A stretch of DNA of 64,000 bases from Candidatus Bathyarchaeota archaeon (GTDB taxonomy: Archaea > Thermoproteota > Bathyarchaeia > Bathyarchaeales > Bathycorpusculaceae), in the NCBI GenBank assembly GCA_963775465.1, contig CAVZIW010000006.1:96001-160000 (forward strand), given 5' to 3'. Each line of letters begins with the position of its first letter. Within the stretch, counting starts at the first letter, position 1. Shown piece by piece: positions 30,046-40,370 of the stretch. Under the pieces are notes generated by a model. That model saw only the letters and a list, made by a program, of their open reading frames with translations. It ran no database searches and had not been told where the DNA came from. A program made the translations under genes and the position numbers.

Positions 30046-30963
30046 TTGGGTACTAACCTGTTAAGCACAAGCTTTGCTGGTTTGGAGCTGCCAAACCCTA
30101 CCATTTTGGCATCCGGCATTTTGGGTTACTCTTCAGAGTCGTTTAGCCGCGTTGTTAAAGCTGGTGCTGGTGCAGTTGTAACCAAATCAGTTGGTATTGC
30201 TCCACGAGTTGGGTACCCAAATCCTACAATTGTGCAATCCCGAAGTGGCCTAATAAACGCAATGGGGTTGCCTAATCCTGGAATCGAAACTTACGTGGAG
30301 GAAATAAACTTCTCCAAAACTATTTTGGCTGTTCCTTTGATCGTTAGCGTTTTTGGATACACTTCAGAAGAATATGCCGCTGTTTCTAAAAGAGCCGTTG
30401 ACGCGGGAGCTGACGCAGTGGAACTTAACGTTTCCTGCCCCCATGTAAAGCAGACAGGTGCAGAAATTGGGCAAAACCCTAAACTCCTTTCAGAAATCGT
30501 TGAGAACGTTAAGGCAAAAATCAACAAACCTGTTATCGTTAAACTCTCACCCAACGTCACGGACATAACCATCTTAGCTAAGGCTGCGATGGAAGCAGGA
30601 GCAGACGCCTTAACGGTAATTAACACTCTAAAAGCAATTGCTATCGATATTGAGACACTGCAGCCGATCTTGAGTAATGTTAAAGGTGGTTTGTCTGGAG
30701 AAGCAATAAAGCCAGTGGCGTTGCGTTGCGTCTATGATATAGCGGAACAGTATAAGGTGCCAATTATTGGGTGTGGTGGTGTTTCAAATTGGCATGATGC
30801 TGTTGAGTTTTTTTTGGCTGGAGCGTCTGCAGTGCAGATTGGTACAGCGTTGGCTGATGATGTGGAGGTTTTTGGAGCAGTGACGAAAGGAGTAGAATCC
30901 TACTTGAGACGGAAACATTATGCAAATGTAAAGGAGATAGTTGGTCTTGCTCACCACAAATAA
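30046..30963 (+). CDS. pyrD: Dihydroorotate dehydrogenase, family 1B catalytic subunit
   Basis: NAMGLPNPG, ELNVSCPH, VKLSPN, GGLSG motifs. Confidence 0.95.
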   Translation: MGTNLLSTSFAGLELPNPTILASGILGYSSESFSRVVKAGAGAVVTKSVGIAPRVGYPNPTIVQSRSGLINAMGLPNPGIETYVEEINFSKTILAVPLIVSVFGYTSEEYAAVSKRAVDAGADAVELNVSCPHVKQTGAEIGQNPKLLSEIVENVKAKINKPVIVKLSPNVTDITILAKAAMEAGADALTVINTLKAIAIDIETLQPILSNVKGGLSGEAIKPVALRCVYDIAEQYKVPIIGCGGVSNWHDAVEFFLAGASAVQIGTALADDVEVFGAVTKGVESYLRRKHYANVKEIVGLAHHK

Positions 30964-31756
30964 TAACTTAAGAACTACACAAATTATTAGAATTCAAACA
31001 GAAAGCCCTACTGTTAAAACTTTCACTTTTGCAGACAAATTGTGTTCAAAAGCTAACCCCGGGCAGTTTTTGATGCTTTGGATTCCAGGAATCGATGAAA
31101 TCCCCCTTAGTATAATGAATGCTGGTAACGATTTAGTCTCTGTCTCTGTCAAGGTGGTTGGCGATGCAACCCGGCACATGCATGCATTGGAGACAGGCGC
31201 GACCATAGGTCTTAGAGGACCATTCGGTAACCGTTTCACAGAAAGTCGTGGTAGAGTTTTATTGGTCGGAGGAGGAACAGGAACAGCCCCTCTTCTTTTT
31301 CTAGCTAATCGGTTAGCATCAAAAACTCAGCGGCTCTCATTTGTGGAAGGAGCCAAAACCAAAGACGAACTCCTCTTCGTATCTGCACTTGACGGAATCT
31401 GCCAAGAAAAAAACATGATAACAACCACTGAAGATGGCACAGCTGGCCTGCAATGCTTGGTGACAGTGCCGCTAGCGAAGTTGCTGGATGAACAACAATT
31501 TGACATGATCTACACTTGCGGACCCGAAGTAATGGTTAAAAAAATCTTCGAAATGACCGAACAACGGAAACTGCCTCTTGAAGCTAGCTTGGAGCGCCTT
31601 ATACGTTGTGGGATTGGTTTGTGTGGAAGCTGCATGATTGGCAAATATCGTGTGTGCCGTGACGGACCCGTTTTTAATGCGGCGCAGCTTCGTGAAATGA
31701 AAGCGGAATTGGGTGTTTCCAAGCTTGGGTTTGACGGGTCAAGGATTCCAGTTTAG
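30941..31756 (+). CDS. pyrK: Dihydroorotate dehydrogenase electron transfer subunit
   Basis: PGQF, RGPFG, GGGTG, CGP, CGIGLCGSC..VCRDGP. Confidence 0.93.
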   Translation: MVLLTTNNNLRTTQIIRIQTESPTVKTFTFADKLCSKANPGQFLMLWIPGIDEIPLSIMNAGNDLVSVSVKVVGDATRHMHALETGATIGLRGPFGNRFTESRGRVLLVGGGTGTAPLLFLANRLASKTQRLSFVEGAKTKDELLFVSALDGICQEKNMITTTEDGTAGLQCLVTVPLAKLLDEQQFDMIYTCGPEVMVKKIFEMTEQRKLPLEASLERLIRCGIGLCGSCMIGKYRVCRDGPVFNAAQLREMKAELGVSKLGFDGSRIPV

Positions 31757-31810
31757 CCAGGATGTTTGATTAGATATGGGTAGGCAAGTAACGATAAAGG
31801 AGAAAATTAG

Positions 31811-32221
31811 ATGTCTATAAAAATGTCCATTAGAGAAATAATAGCTGCAATTTTAAACGAAATCAAGGTTGCACTCAAAGAATACGCAAACGAAGCTGAA
31901 GTCGCCTTCAAACAACGCATCAAAAAACTTCTAATCGTTAGTATAGTAAGCTCTGTTTTAATGGCGTTGGGTATCTCGCTTGCAGGGTCGGCATCTCTAT
32001 TTATTCTCATAGGTTCCTTACGCTATTTGGAAACATCGATGCCGGCATGGCAAGCGTGGCTTATTATGGGAACTACCTCAGCTTTTGCCGCTGCAGCGCT
32101 TTTCATAGCTCTCTTTTTCGTATTAAGAAAACAGCTAAGAACTACCCAAACACCAATTCAACCTTCCCCAACAAATACAACTCTGAAAAAAGAACCAGTT
32201 GAACCATCAATAAACGAGTAA
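31811..32221 (+). CDS. Small two-TM membrane protein (YqjE/holin-like family)
   Basis: Amphipathic N-terminal helix followed by two TM helices with PAWQAWLI. Confidence 0.6.
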   Translation: MSIKMSIREIIAAILNEIKVALKEYANEAEVAFKQRIKKLLIVSIVSSVLMALGISLAGSASLFILIGSLRYLETSMPAWQAWLIMGTTSAFAAAALFIALFFVLRKQLRTTQTPIQPSPTNTTLKKEPVEPSINE

Positions 32222-32500
32222 GCATACCGTAGAACTAAAACAAGAAAATGAGAAATGAGGGCTTCAAAAGTAGTCTACGTCCAAGTTTTTGTTTGAGGTG
32301 CTAGAATCTTCGGAGTGAGTTCGTTGCAGCCTTGTTTTTGTGATATTTTCAAAGTATAGATAGAACGCAGTAATGTCAACTTATTGCGAATGTTATACTC
32401 TTCATCGCAGAAATAATTTTGAGGGAACTTTCTCTTCTCGGGCAAAAACATTGTTTGTCTAAAAAATAAGGCTTAAGCAAAAGGGAAAAGAAAAAGAAAT

Positions 32501-33685
32501 TTATTCTTCTTCTGAGGGAAGACCGATTTTGCGCAGGTAATCGCGTGCGTATTTAGGGTTGTAGGCTAACAGTTCTTTGCTTCGGAGTAATCTGCGATCA
32601 AGTCTGTCTAATGCAACTCGGAAAGTGGGCTCAACACCCCAGCCTTCAGATGAACTAAAGAATGTTCCCTTGACGGTTCTGAACTGCAGACGGCAGTGAA
32701 TCATAGGAGTTCCTCGCATACTGGTATTTCCATGACTCTTCATGTACACAAACAATGTTCCCATCTGGAAAGCTTCCTGATACTTATGAACAAACGAATC
32801 AAACTCATCCATCATGAACGCCTGCTGCTCAGCCGAAACATCAATATCTTTGGTTCCAAACTGCACCGCCAACTTTCGATCTGCAGATGCTTCCATCTGT
32901 GATATCGGCTCAAGAAAATCTAACCTTGTTACTATTCCAACCAACCGTTCTCCATCAACAACCGTCAGACAGGATATGTCATGATCATGCATTTTGCATT
33001 CAGCATCACGCAAACTCATCTTAGCATTCACTGAAATTACTGGAGAATTCATAATTCCTTTAACTGGAACACCAAGCGTCTCAATTTTTTCACCAACAAT
33101 GTCGCCTTGTCTTTGGCGTCGTTGCGGCCAATAGATATTCTCAAGAATATCTTCGATGCTAACCATACCTACCAGTTTTCCGTTGTCTAAAATGGGAACG
33201 TGCGAGATACCGCATTCACGCAAAATACCCAAAACTGCGCCGACACTGCGGTTTGACTCTAACGTGTGCGGAGCACGAGTCATCACGGTTTCGACAGTTG
33301 CTTTGCCCCAGTTTTCTGCAACAGCTGCATGAATAATATTTTCGTCAGTAACGAAACCCAAAATTTGGTTCTTCTCAACCATGGGCAGCTGTCGCATGCC
33401 ACTATTAATCATAAGCTTTGCTAACAAACTTAGAGAAGCATCTAAACCCACGGTAGGTGCAGCTTTCATTAAACTTTTAACCTTGTTTTTTGTAGGGTCA
33501 AGGTGAGAACGCAAAATTGCTCGGCGCGTAATCATGCCAACGTATTTGTCTTTTTCATCCAAGACAGCCAAAGCTGGAGGCAATCCTTTCTTAAAGCTCT
33601 CCAAGCACCTTGACAGCGAATCGGTTTCCTTTACAGAGTTGAATTTTTTTGAATAAATATCCTTAGCAGTAACGAGTGTGGACAT
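32501..33685 (-). CDS. Four-CBS-domain protein with C-terminal HPF/RaiA-like domain (candidate ribosome hibernation factor)
   Basis: Four CBS repeats (e.g. GISHVPILDNGKLVGMVS) and a C-terminal beta-alpha-beta3-alpha domain ending EGWGVEPTFRVALDRLDRRL. Confidence 0.75.
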   Translation of the reverse strand: MSTLVTAKDIYSKKFNSVKETDSLSRCLESFKKGLPPALAVLDEKDKYVGMITRRAILRSHLDPTKNKVKSLMKAAPTVGLDASLSLLAKLMINSGMRQLPMVEKNQILGFVTDENIIHAAVAENWGKATVETVMTRAPHTLESNRSVGAVLGILRECGISHVPILDNGKLVGMVSIEDILENIYWPQRRQRQGDIVGEKIETLGVPVKGIMNSPVISVNAKMSLRDAECKMHDHDISCLTVVDGERLVGIVTRLDFLEPISQMEASADRKLAVQFGTKDIDVSAEQQAFMMDEFDSFVHKYQEAFQMGTLFVYMKSHGNTSMRGTPMIHCRLQFRTVKGTFFSSSEGWGVEPTFRVALDRLDRRLLRSKELLAYNPKYARDYLRKIGLPSEEE

Positions 33686-34103
33686 CAATAATCACTGGAA
33701 AATTTATGTGAAGAGAAGAATTTAAACATTGCAAACCTTAATCCGCGATACAAATGAGCGATAGACCAGTTGTCCTTTCCATTGCAAAATGTTAATTCCA
33801 ACATTGAAGGTTAAACTAAGTTGATGCATAAAAATCTTAAAAAAATAAAGTCAAACTTGAACATGAAGAGAAGATGCTGCTTATGCTGTTGCAACCCAAT
33901 TTAAAATCATAAGTTGCATCAATCAAAAAAAACCAACCAAAAAACAAAAAAATTGCATCACAAAAATAACAACGGAATTACAATTTTCAAATCCAGAAAA
34001 GACACCCATTTGAATACTACATACTTCAAGAAGATTTGACCATAACCTATATGCTTAATAGCAAAGCAGTCAAAATTATCTGGATCTGGAGTAGAAAACT
34101 GCT

Positions 34104-34841
34104 TTGTTTGCTGTCGGGCACATGTCTTTGGCTTACCTTTTAGGCAAAGGCTCTGGCAAACTCGTAGGCGTGAAACCTAATGTTGCTCTGCTTATGGTTG
34201 TCTCAATTTTGCCCGACATTGACATAGTTTTCGACTTCTTAACAGGATCACAAATACACCGAGGTCCAACACATTCAATCGTTGTTGCATTCCTGGCGTT
34301 CATCCCTCTCTTCATTATTTATCGCAAAAAAGCAATTCCCTACTTCTTAGCCTTAATTTCTCATCCCTTAATTGGGGACTTTTTCATAGGAGGGCACCTT
34401 CAGCTATTTTGGCCTCTTTCAACAACTGACTTTGGGCTGCACGAGTTGGGATACCTCTTTATCGGCATCTTTAGCCCCATCAACATCACTTTAGAGTTGA
34501 TCTTGTTCGTTTTCGCTATGCTCGTTTTATACAAATCCAAAGACTGGAAAGTATTTTTTAAAGCAAATAGAACCAACCTTATTCTAATAATCCCTGTTGC
34601 CACAGTTTTGCTCCCCAGCACCGTCGGATATCCGTTTACTGAGTCTTTGCTTTTGTCCGAACCACTTCTGGCTTTAGCACACTTAGTTTACCTCGGGCTA
34701 TTTGTTATCGCCATTTTAAAGTCGCTTTCACTTCTTTACAAACGACTCGCTAAACATGATTCGAGCCAATTTCAGCCTAATCCCAAAACCCTCAAGCAAC
34801 AAATGAATAAAAAACAAAGAAAACTGCCCAATAACATTTAA
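34104..34841 (+). CDS. Membrane metal-dependent hydrolase (YdjM/DUF457-like)
   Basis: GH, LPDID, HRGPTHS, SHPLIGD, LFWP motifs. Confidence 0.88.
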   Translation: MFAVGHMSLAYLLGKGSGKLVGVKPNVALLMVVSILPDIDIVFDFLTGSQIHRGPTHSIVVAFLAFIPLFIIYRKKAIPYFLALISHPLIGDFFIGGHLQLFWPLSTTDFGLHELGYLFIGIFSPINITLELILFVFAMLVLYKSKDWKVFFKANRTNLILIIPVATVLLPSTVGYPFTESLLLSEPLLALAHLVYLGLFVIAILKSLSLLYKRLAKHDSSQFQPNPKTLKQQMNKKQRKLPNNI

Positions 34842-35078
34842 CAAATAAATTACTTCCAAAGTAAATCTACAAAAACCAAGTAAAATGTATCCTAAAACTA
34901 TCAAACCTTTAGAAAAAATGATGATAACGTTCTAAGCTTCGATTTACGATTTTCTCCTTAGAAAAAACGGTTTCTTCAAGCAATATTTATACGACAGCTC
35001 CACAATGACTTTTCCAGCTAAAAAGTATAAAGGCATAATGCAAAATCAATCATGCTCTATGCCTCTGGTGATAAATAA

Positions 35079-36026
35079 ATGCCGTTAAAAACCATAAAGC
35101 AAGATGCGGCAGATGCTTTAACATTAGAATGGATTTTGCAGGTTAAAGATTACAAATTAACATTGGACAAGAACCGTTGTGTTGGTTGCCAAATATGTAG
35201 CCTAGCTTGCCCAAAAGAGGCCATAAAAACCACAAAGCAACCAAAAATCGAAGGAGAAAAAACAAAAAAAGCCAAAGTAGACATCGACTTGGCAAAATGC
35301 AACTTTTGCGGAATCTGCGATGTCACATGTCCTTATGGAGCAATAAAGGTAACACTAAACGGAGCACATAATCTCTCCATAATAGACAAGGAAAGCTACC
35401 CCAAACTAATCAGAGAATTCGATGTAGATACACACAAATGCGAAAAAGAATGCGTCGAATGCGAAACCGCTTGCCCCTTGTCACTCATCAAAATCACAAA
35501 AACAGGATTTGACGGAAATCCCATTCAAGACATAAAAGAACTCTCACCAACCGCCAAACAAAGGGTCCAACTAAACATAGACATCCAAAAAGAATTCTGC
35601 CCAACCTGCAAAATCTGCGAACTCAAATGCACCCAAGGAGCACTAAAAGTCAAAAAAACATTCGAGGGAAAAATCGCAATAAACAAAGAAAAATGCCCCG
35701 AAAACTGCAAAGACTGTCTAGACGTTTGCCCCATCCCAGGAACACTCGTACTGGGAGACGACAAAAAAGTCTACGTAAACGAGTCATCATGTACCTATTG
35801 TGGCGCATGCAAAAACGTGTGTCCAATCGATGAAGCACTATGCGTTAAAAGAACAACCGTTTGCCACACACCGATCCACTCAGGAACATGGAACAAGGCA
35901 ATGGAACGCATAACAAGCCCAGCAGACGCAGCCAAAGAGCTCAAAGCCCAAGCAGCAAAAAGCAGACGCAAAGTCATCGAAAAACGCTTCCAATCTGAAG
36001 AGCTAAAAACAGAGGATTACGCATGA
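35079..36026 (+). CDS. Polyferredoxin (FwdF-like 4Fe-4S protein)
   Basis: Six CxxCxxCxxxC-type motifs. Confidence 0.88.
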   Translation: MPLKTIKQDAADALTLEWILQVKDYKLTLDKNRCVGCQICSLACPKEAIKTTKQPKIEGEKTKKAKVDIDLAKCNFCGICDVTCPYGAIKVTLNGAHNLSIIDKESYPKLIREFDVDTHKCEKECVECETACPLSLIKITKTGFDGNPIQDIKELSPTAKQRVQLNIDIQKEFCPTCKICELKCTQGALKVKKTFEGKIAINKEKCPENCKDCLDVCPIPGTLVLGDDKKVYVNESSCTYCGACKNVCPIDEALCVKRTTVCHTPIHSGTWNKAMERITSPADAAKELKAQAAKSRRKVIEKRFQSEELKTEDYA

Positions 36027-38479
36027 GCAAGCCACAGACCTTAGCACCTGAACAATCTGAAACATGTGCATGCAAACCCGAAGAACTCAGAGTAGGAGTC
36101 TTCGTATGTCACTGTGGACTAAACATTGCAGGAACCGTCGACGTTCACGCCGTAGCCGACTACGCAAAAACCATACCGGACGTAGTTTTCGTAAAAGAAA
36201 ACCGCTACACCTGCGCAGACCCCGGACAGGCCGAAATAAGAAAAGCTATCAAAGAACAAAAACTAAACCGCGTCGTTATTGCCGCATGTTCACCAAGAAT
36301 GCATGAACCTACCTTCAGACGCACGGTCGCAGAAGCAGGACTAAACAGCTTTCTCTACGAAATGGCCAACATCCGCGAATTCGCCTCCTGGTGTCACCAA
36401 AGCGACCCAGCCGCAGCAACCGAACGTGCAAAAGACGCAGTACGCATGGCAGTTGCAAAAGTACGTTTAATGCAGCCCCTGCAAACTATCGAAGTCCCAG
36501 TAACCAACAAAGCTCTTATCATCGGCGGTGGAATCGCAGGGATGAATGCAGCTTTAGACCTTGCTGAACAAGGCTTCAAGGTTTACATGCTGGAAAACTC
36601 TCAGAGCATCGGCGGTCACATGGCTGCTTTGGATAAAACCTTCCCAACCTTAGACTGCAGCATTTGCATTGAAGGACCAAAAATGGTAGATTGCGCACGT
36701 CACCCCAACATAACCATTTTCGCCAGCTCCGAGCTTGTTAAAGTTGACGGATACATTGGCAACTTTAAAGTAAAAATCCGTAAGAACCCACGTTATGTTA
36801 TCCCAGAAAGATGCACAGGCTGCGGCGAATGCAAGGATGCTTGTCCAATCGAGTACCCCAACGAGTGGGATATGAACCTTGGAACTCGCAAAGCCATATC
36901 TGTTCCTTTTGACCAGACAGTTCCTTTAATCTATTCTATAAATAGAGACTACTGCATTGAATGCTTCAAATGCACAGAAGTTTGCGGTGAACGACAAGCC
37001 ATCGACTTTAACCAGAAACCTGAAGAAGTCGAATTCGACGTGGGCGCAATAATAGTTTCAACAGGCTTTGATGTTTACCTACCGTACGATATGCCTTTGC
37101 TGGGCTATGGAAAATACCCAAACGTTATAACCAGCATGGAGTTTGAACGATTAATTCTAGCAGCTGGTCCCACCGGAGGCAAAGTCATCCGTCAAAGCGA
37201 CGGAAGAAAACCCCACCGAATTGCCTTCATCCAATGTGTCGGAAGCCGAGACAAAACCCACTATCCATACTGCAGCAACTTCTGTTGCATGTACACACTA
37301 AAACATGTGGTGCAGCTTAAAGAGAAATACAAAGAAGACGTGGAAGTCTACGTTTTCTACATGGACATACGCAGCCCAGGCAAAGGATACGAAGAATTCT
37401 ACGACAGAGCCCGCGAACGAGGCGTAAACTTCGTACGCGGAAGAGTAAGCCGAATCGACGAAGATCCAACAACTCACAATCTAACAGTCCACTCTGAGGA
37501 CTCATTGCTTGGAGCCCCCATCGAAATCGATGTAGACATGGTCGTACTCGCAACAGCAGCCATACCCAAAAAAGGCTCAGAAGAAGTCGCACGCATCCTC
37601 AACCTATCACGCGGATCAGACGGCTTCTTTATGGAAGCCCACCCAAAACTAAAACCCATGGATGCACCCACCGACGGAGTCTTCTACGCCGGTGCATGCG
37701 CAGGACTAAAAGACATACCCTACAGTGTATCACAAGGCAGCGGCGCCGCATCAAGAGCCGCAACAGTGATTAGCAAACCAAAATGGAAAATCGAACCAAT
37801 AATATCCATAATTGACGAAGCCAAATGTAAAAAATGTGGTATCTGCGTTAGCAAATGCCCCTACGGCGCAATCCGTCAAGAACCTGGCAAACCTGCCAAC
37901 ATCATCACAGCAAGCTGCCACGGTTGCGGAACATGCGTTGCAGAATGCCCACAACACGCAATCACCCAAATGCACTTCACCGATGCACAAATCATGGCTC
38001 AAGTTCGAGCAGCACTCGAAGACAAACCCGAAGAAAAAATCCTGGCCATCCTATGCAATTGGTGCAGCTATGCCGGTGCAGACCTAGCAGGCATCAGCAG
38101 ATGCGATTACCCTGCTAGTGTCAGAGCCATCCGTGTCATGTGTAGCGGTAGAGTTGCTCGAGAATTCGTTCTTGAAGCCCTTCGGCTTGGCGCTGGCATG
38201 GTTTTAATTGGCGCATGTCACTTGCCATATGACTGCCACTATATCAGCGGAAACTACAAGATGAAAGCCCGAACCGACGCCCTCAAAACAATGCTGACTA
38301 AGCTGGGAATGAGTCCAGAACGGTTCCGAGTTGAATATGTTTCTGCCGCGGAAGGAATCCATTACTCCGAAGTGATTAAAGAAATTGATGCCGACATGAA
38401 AGCTTTGGGCAAAGAGAAAATTCAAGCAGAAAACGCTAAACTAAAGCCGTTTCTTGAGAATATGCTAAAACGCAAATAA
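36023..38479 (+). CDS. hdrA: Heterodisulfide reductase subunit A fused to MvhD
   Basis: VFVCHCGLNI, ACSPRMHE, GGGIAG, DKTFPTLDC, CVGSRD..CSNFCC, then MvhD CNWCSYAGAD..MCSGRV..CHY. Confidence 0.93.
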   Translation: MSKPQTLAPEQSETCACKPEELRVGVFVCHCGLNIAGTVDVHAVADYAKTIPDVVFVKENRYTCADPGQAEIRKAIKEQKLNRVVIAACSPRMHEPTFRRTVAEAGLNSFLYEMANIREFASWCHQSDPAAATERAKDAVRMAVAKVRLMQPLQTIEVPVTNKALIIGGGIAGMNAALDLAEQGFKVYMLENSQSIGGHMAALDKTFPTLDCSICIEGPKMVDCARHPNITIFASSELVKVDGYIGNFKVKIRKNPRYVIPERCTGCGECKDACPIEYPNEWDMNLGTRKAISVPFDQTVPLIYSINRDYCIECFKCTEVCGERQAIDFNQKPEEVEFDVGAIIVSTGFDVYLPYDMPLLGYGKYPNVITSMEFERLILAAGPTGGKVIRQSDGRKPHRIAFIQCVGSRDKTHYPYCSNFCCMYTLKHVVQLKEKYKEDVEVYVFYMDIRSPGKGYEEFYDRARERGVNFVRGRVSRIDEDPTTHNLTVHSEDSLLGAPIEIDVDMVVLATAAIPKKGSEEVARILNLSRGSDGFFMEAHPKLKPMDAPTDGVFYAGACAGLKDIPYSVSQGSGAASRAATVISKPKWKIEPIISIIDEAKCKKCGICVSKCPYGAIRQEPGKPANIITASCHGCGTCVAECPQHAITQMHFTDAQIMAQVRAALEDKPEEKILAILCNWCSYAGADLAGISRCDYPASVRAIRVMCSGRVAREFVLEALRLGAGMVLIGACHLPYDCHYISGNYKMKARTDALKTMLTKLGMSPERFRVEYVSAAEGIHYSEVIKEIDADMKALGKEKIQAENAKLKPFLENMLKRK

Positions 38480-38549
38480 ACCAAATTCCTCTTTTTGCGA
38501 CTATTATTGAACTATTCAAGTGCATTTGCTTTTTTAAGACTTAGTGCCG

Positions 38550-39215
38550 TTAAAATTGTTTTTTCTCAAACAGCAGAATTGCTCCAGCAAGCAAAGCTGC
38601 GGCAACAGCTCCCGCAAGACCAATTGTAAAGAACGCTGCATTTTGGATGTTTAGTAAAGTCGGTACAAGGGGAATCACAGAAATTTGGTTCCCGCCATAA
38701 ATGACTAATATTGCTCCAACCAGAACCGAGGGTGAAGCTACACCGATGATTACTCCAGCTGAGCAGGCAACCGCAATCATGGATAAACTGGTTGCCAAGG
38801 ACTGACCGGCATCGGCTAAAATGTTTGTTGATAATGCACCCGTTGAGGCAAAATCAACGGTTATTCCCGCTAAGACTGCGATTAAGCTCGCAATTGCCAC
38901 GCATACATAGACTGAGAAGAACTTTGCCAAGATGATGTCTCTTCTTTTTAGGGGCCTGATTAGAAACAAGTCATAGACGTGTCTGTTTTTCTCGTTGATC
39001 AAAAAAACTGCAAGCATGACAGAAGCTAATGTGCCGCCGATGCTGGAAACCACTAGAGCTGAGACAAGTGTGAAAGGCAAGCTTTGTCCAGAACTGATTG
39101 ATGAAATGTATCGAAACAGCAGCGCTATCACCGGCAAGCCAATCCAAAGGAAAATCATAACTTTAGACTTGTAGAATCCTCTCAGCTCATCAACAAAAAG
39201 AAGCCCTAATTGCAT
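38550..39215 (-). CDS. ABC-2 type exporter permease
   Basis: NEK..LFLIRPLKRRDIILAKF motif, six TM helices. Confidence 0.85.
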   Translation of the reverse strand: MQLGLLFVDELRGFYKSKVMIFLWIGLPVIALLFRYISSISSGQSLPFTLVSALVVSSIGGTLASVMLAVFLINEKNRHVYDLFLIRPLKRRDIILAKFFSVYVCVAIASLIAVLAGITVDFASTGALSTNILADAGQSLATSLSMIAVACSAGVIIGVASPSVLVGAILVIYGGNQISVIPLVPTLLNIQNAAFFTIGLAGAVAAALLAGAILLFEKKQF

Positions 39216-40183
39216 CAGTTCTCAGCCTCCGAGACATAGTTAAAGTAAATTTCATCTAATGAAGGTTCCAACAATGTGACTCCTCGAACTCGAATGCCTA
39301 ATTCCACAATTTTTTGAATTACGTCATTTACAACTTGGTCCTCGTCTGCACCGTTTTCAAGGTCTAAAATAAGTCTTCCAGGTGAAGGCTGCTCAATATC
39401 AGTCACGTTTTTTACTTTGCCAAGCAGCTGCCATTTGTCGCTGGCATAGGTCATTAAAACCTGTAGGGTCTTCTTGGAAGAAAGAGAAGTCTTCAACTCA
39501 TTTATGGTTCCGACTTGTTTTATTTTGCCCCTGTTAATGATGCCGATTCTATCCGCTACATCTTGTACGTCGCTAAGGATATGTGACGAAAACAGGATAG
39601 TTGCCCCATTGCTCGCAAGTTTTAGGACGATTTCTTTGAATTGATGGCGACTCAAAGGATCCAAACCGCTAAGAGGCTCATCTAATACTAGAAGTTTAGG
39701 TTCATGAAGAAGCGCCTGTGCCAATCCCACTTTCTGCATCATTCCACCCGACAATTGAGACACTTTCTTGTATCTAGCGTCAGCTAAACCGATTAGCTCC
39801 AAGATTTCAGGGATTCGTTGTTCAATTTTCTCATTGCCCAAGCCAGACAGTTTCCCAAAGGTTACCAGTGCTTGGTTTACAGTTCGCCAATCTTGGAAGG
39901 CAACGCTTTGAGGCAAATAACCCAACAGTTTGTAGCTTTCCTCTCTCTTTTCAGGGAGTCGGTAACCGCTTAATTTGACTTCTCCCCAAAAATTAGTAAT
40001 TAAGCCAACAAGGATTTTCATAGTGGTTGTTTTGCCTGCGCCGTTAGGACCGATATACCCAAAGATTTCCCCTGTTTTTATGCTAAAAGACACATCGTCT
40101 AATGCTCTAAACCCATTGTAGTCTTTAGTTACGTTCTGAAACACGACGCAGTTGTTGCTGTCGATTGATGAGTTATTGATCAT
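39215..40183 (-). CDS. ABC transporter ATP-binding protein
   Basis: GPNGAGKT, LSGGM, LVLDEP, SSH motifs. Confidence 0.95.
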   Translation of the reverse strand: MINNSSIDSNNCVVFQNVTKDYNGFRALDDVSFSIKTGEIFGYIGPNGAGKTTTMKILVGLITNFWGEVKLSGYRLPEKREESYKLLGYLPQSVAFQDWRTVNQALVTFGKLSGLGNEKIEQRIPEILELIGLADARYKKVSQLSGGMMQKVGLAQALLHEPKLLVLDEPLSGLDPLSRHQFKEIVLKLASNGATILFSSHILSDVQDVADRIGIINRGKIKQVGTINELKTSLSSKKTLQVLMTYASDKWQLLGKVKNVTDIEQPSPGRLILDLENGADEDQVVNDVIQKIVELGIRVRGVTLLEPSLDEIYFNYVSEAEN

Positions 40184-40370
40184 CTTGTTATAGCCCGTAA
40201 ACTGTTACTAAGCAACTGCAATTTAAGATTTGAGATGGGCTTTCAAGGATAAGTCTTCTTATACTCTAACAAAGTATTTTTTGAAACTACACACGGTCTC
40301 GGCATTAATTCGCCTTAATAAAAGAGAAAATCAAAAAATTATTACAGTTTAATAAAATTTTAGGAAAAGT

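Noticed and set aside
35525-38425. Many antisense and off-frame ORFs over hdrA and other long genes
   Set aside because: Shadows of codon bias in well-supported genes
36023-38479. Selenocysteine recoding in HdrA-MvhD
   Set aside because: Frame is uninterrupted; no in-frame TGA
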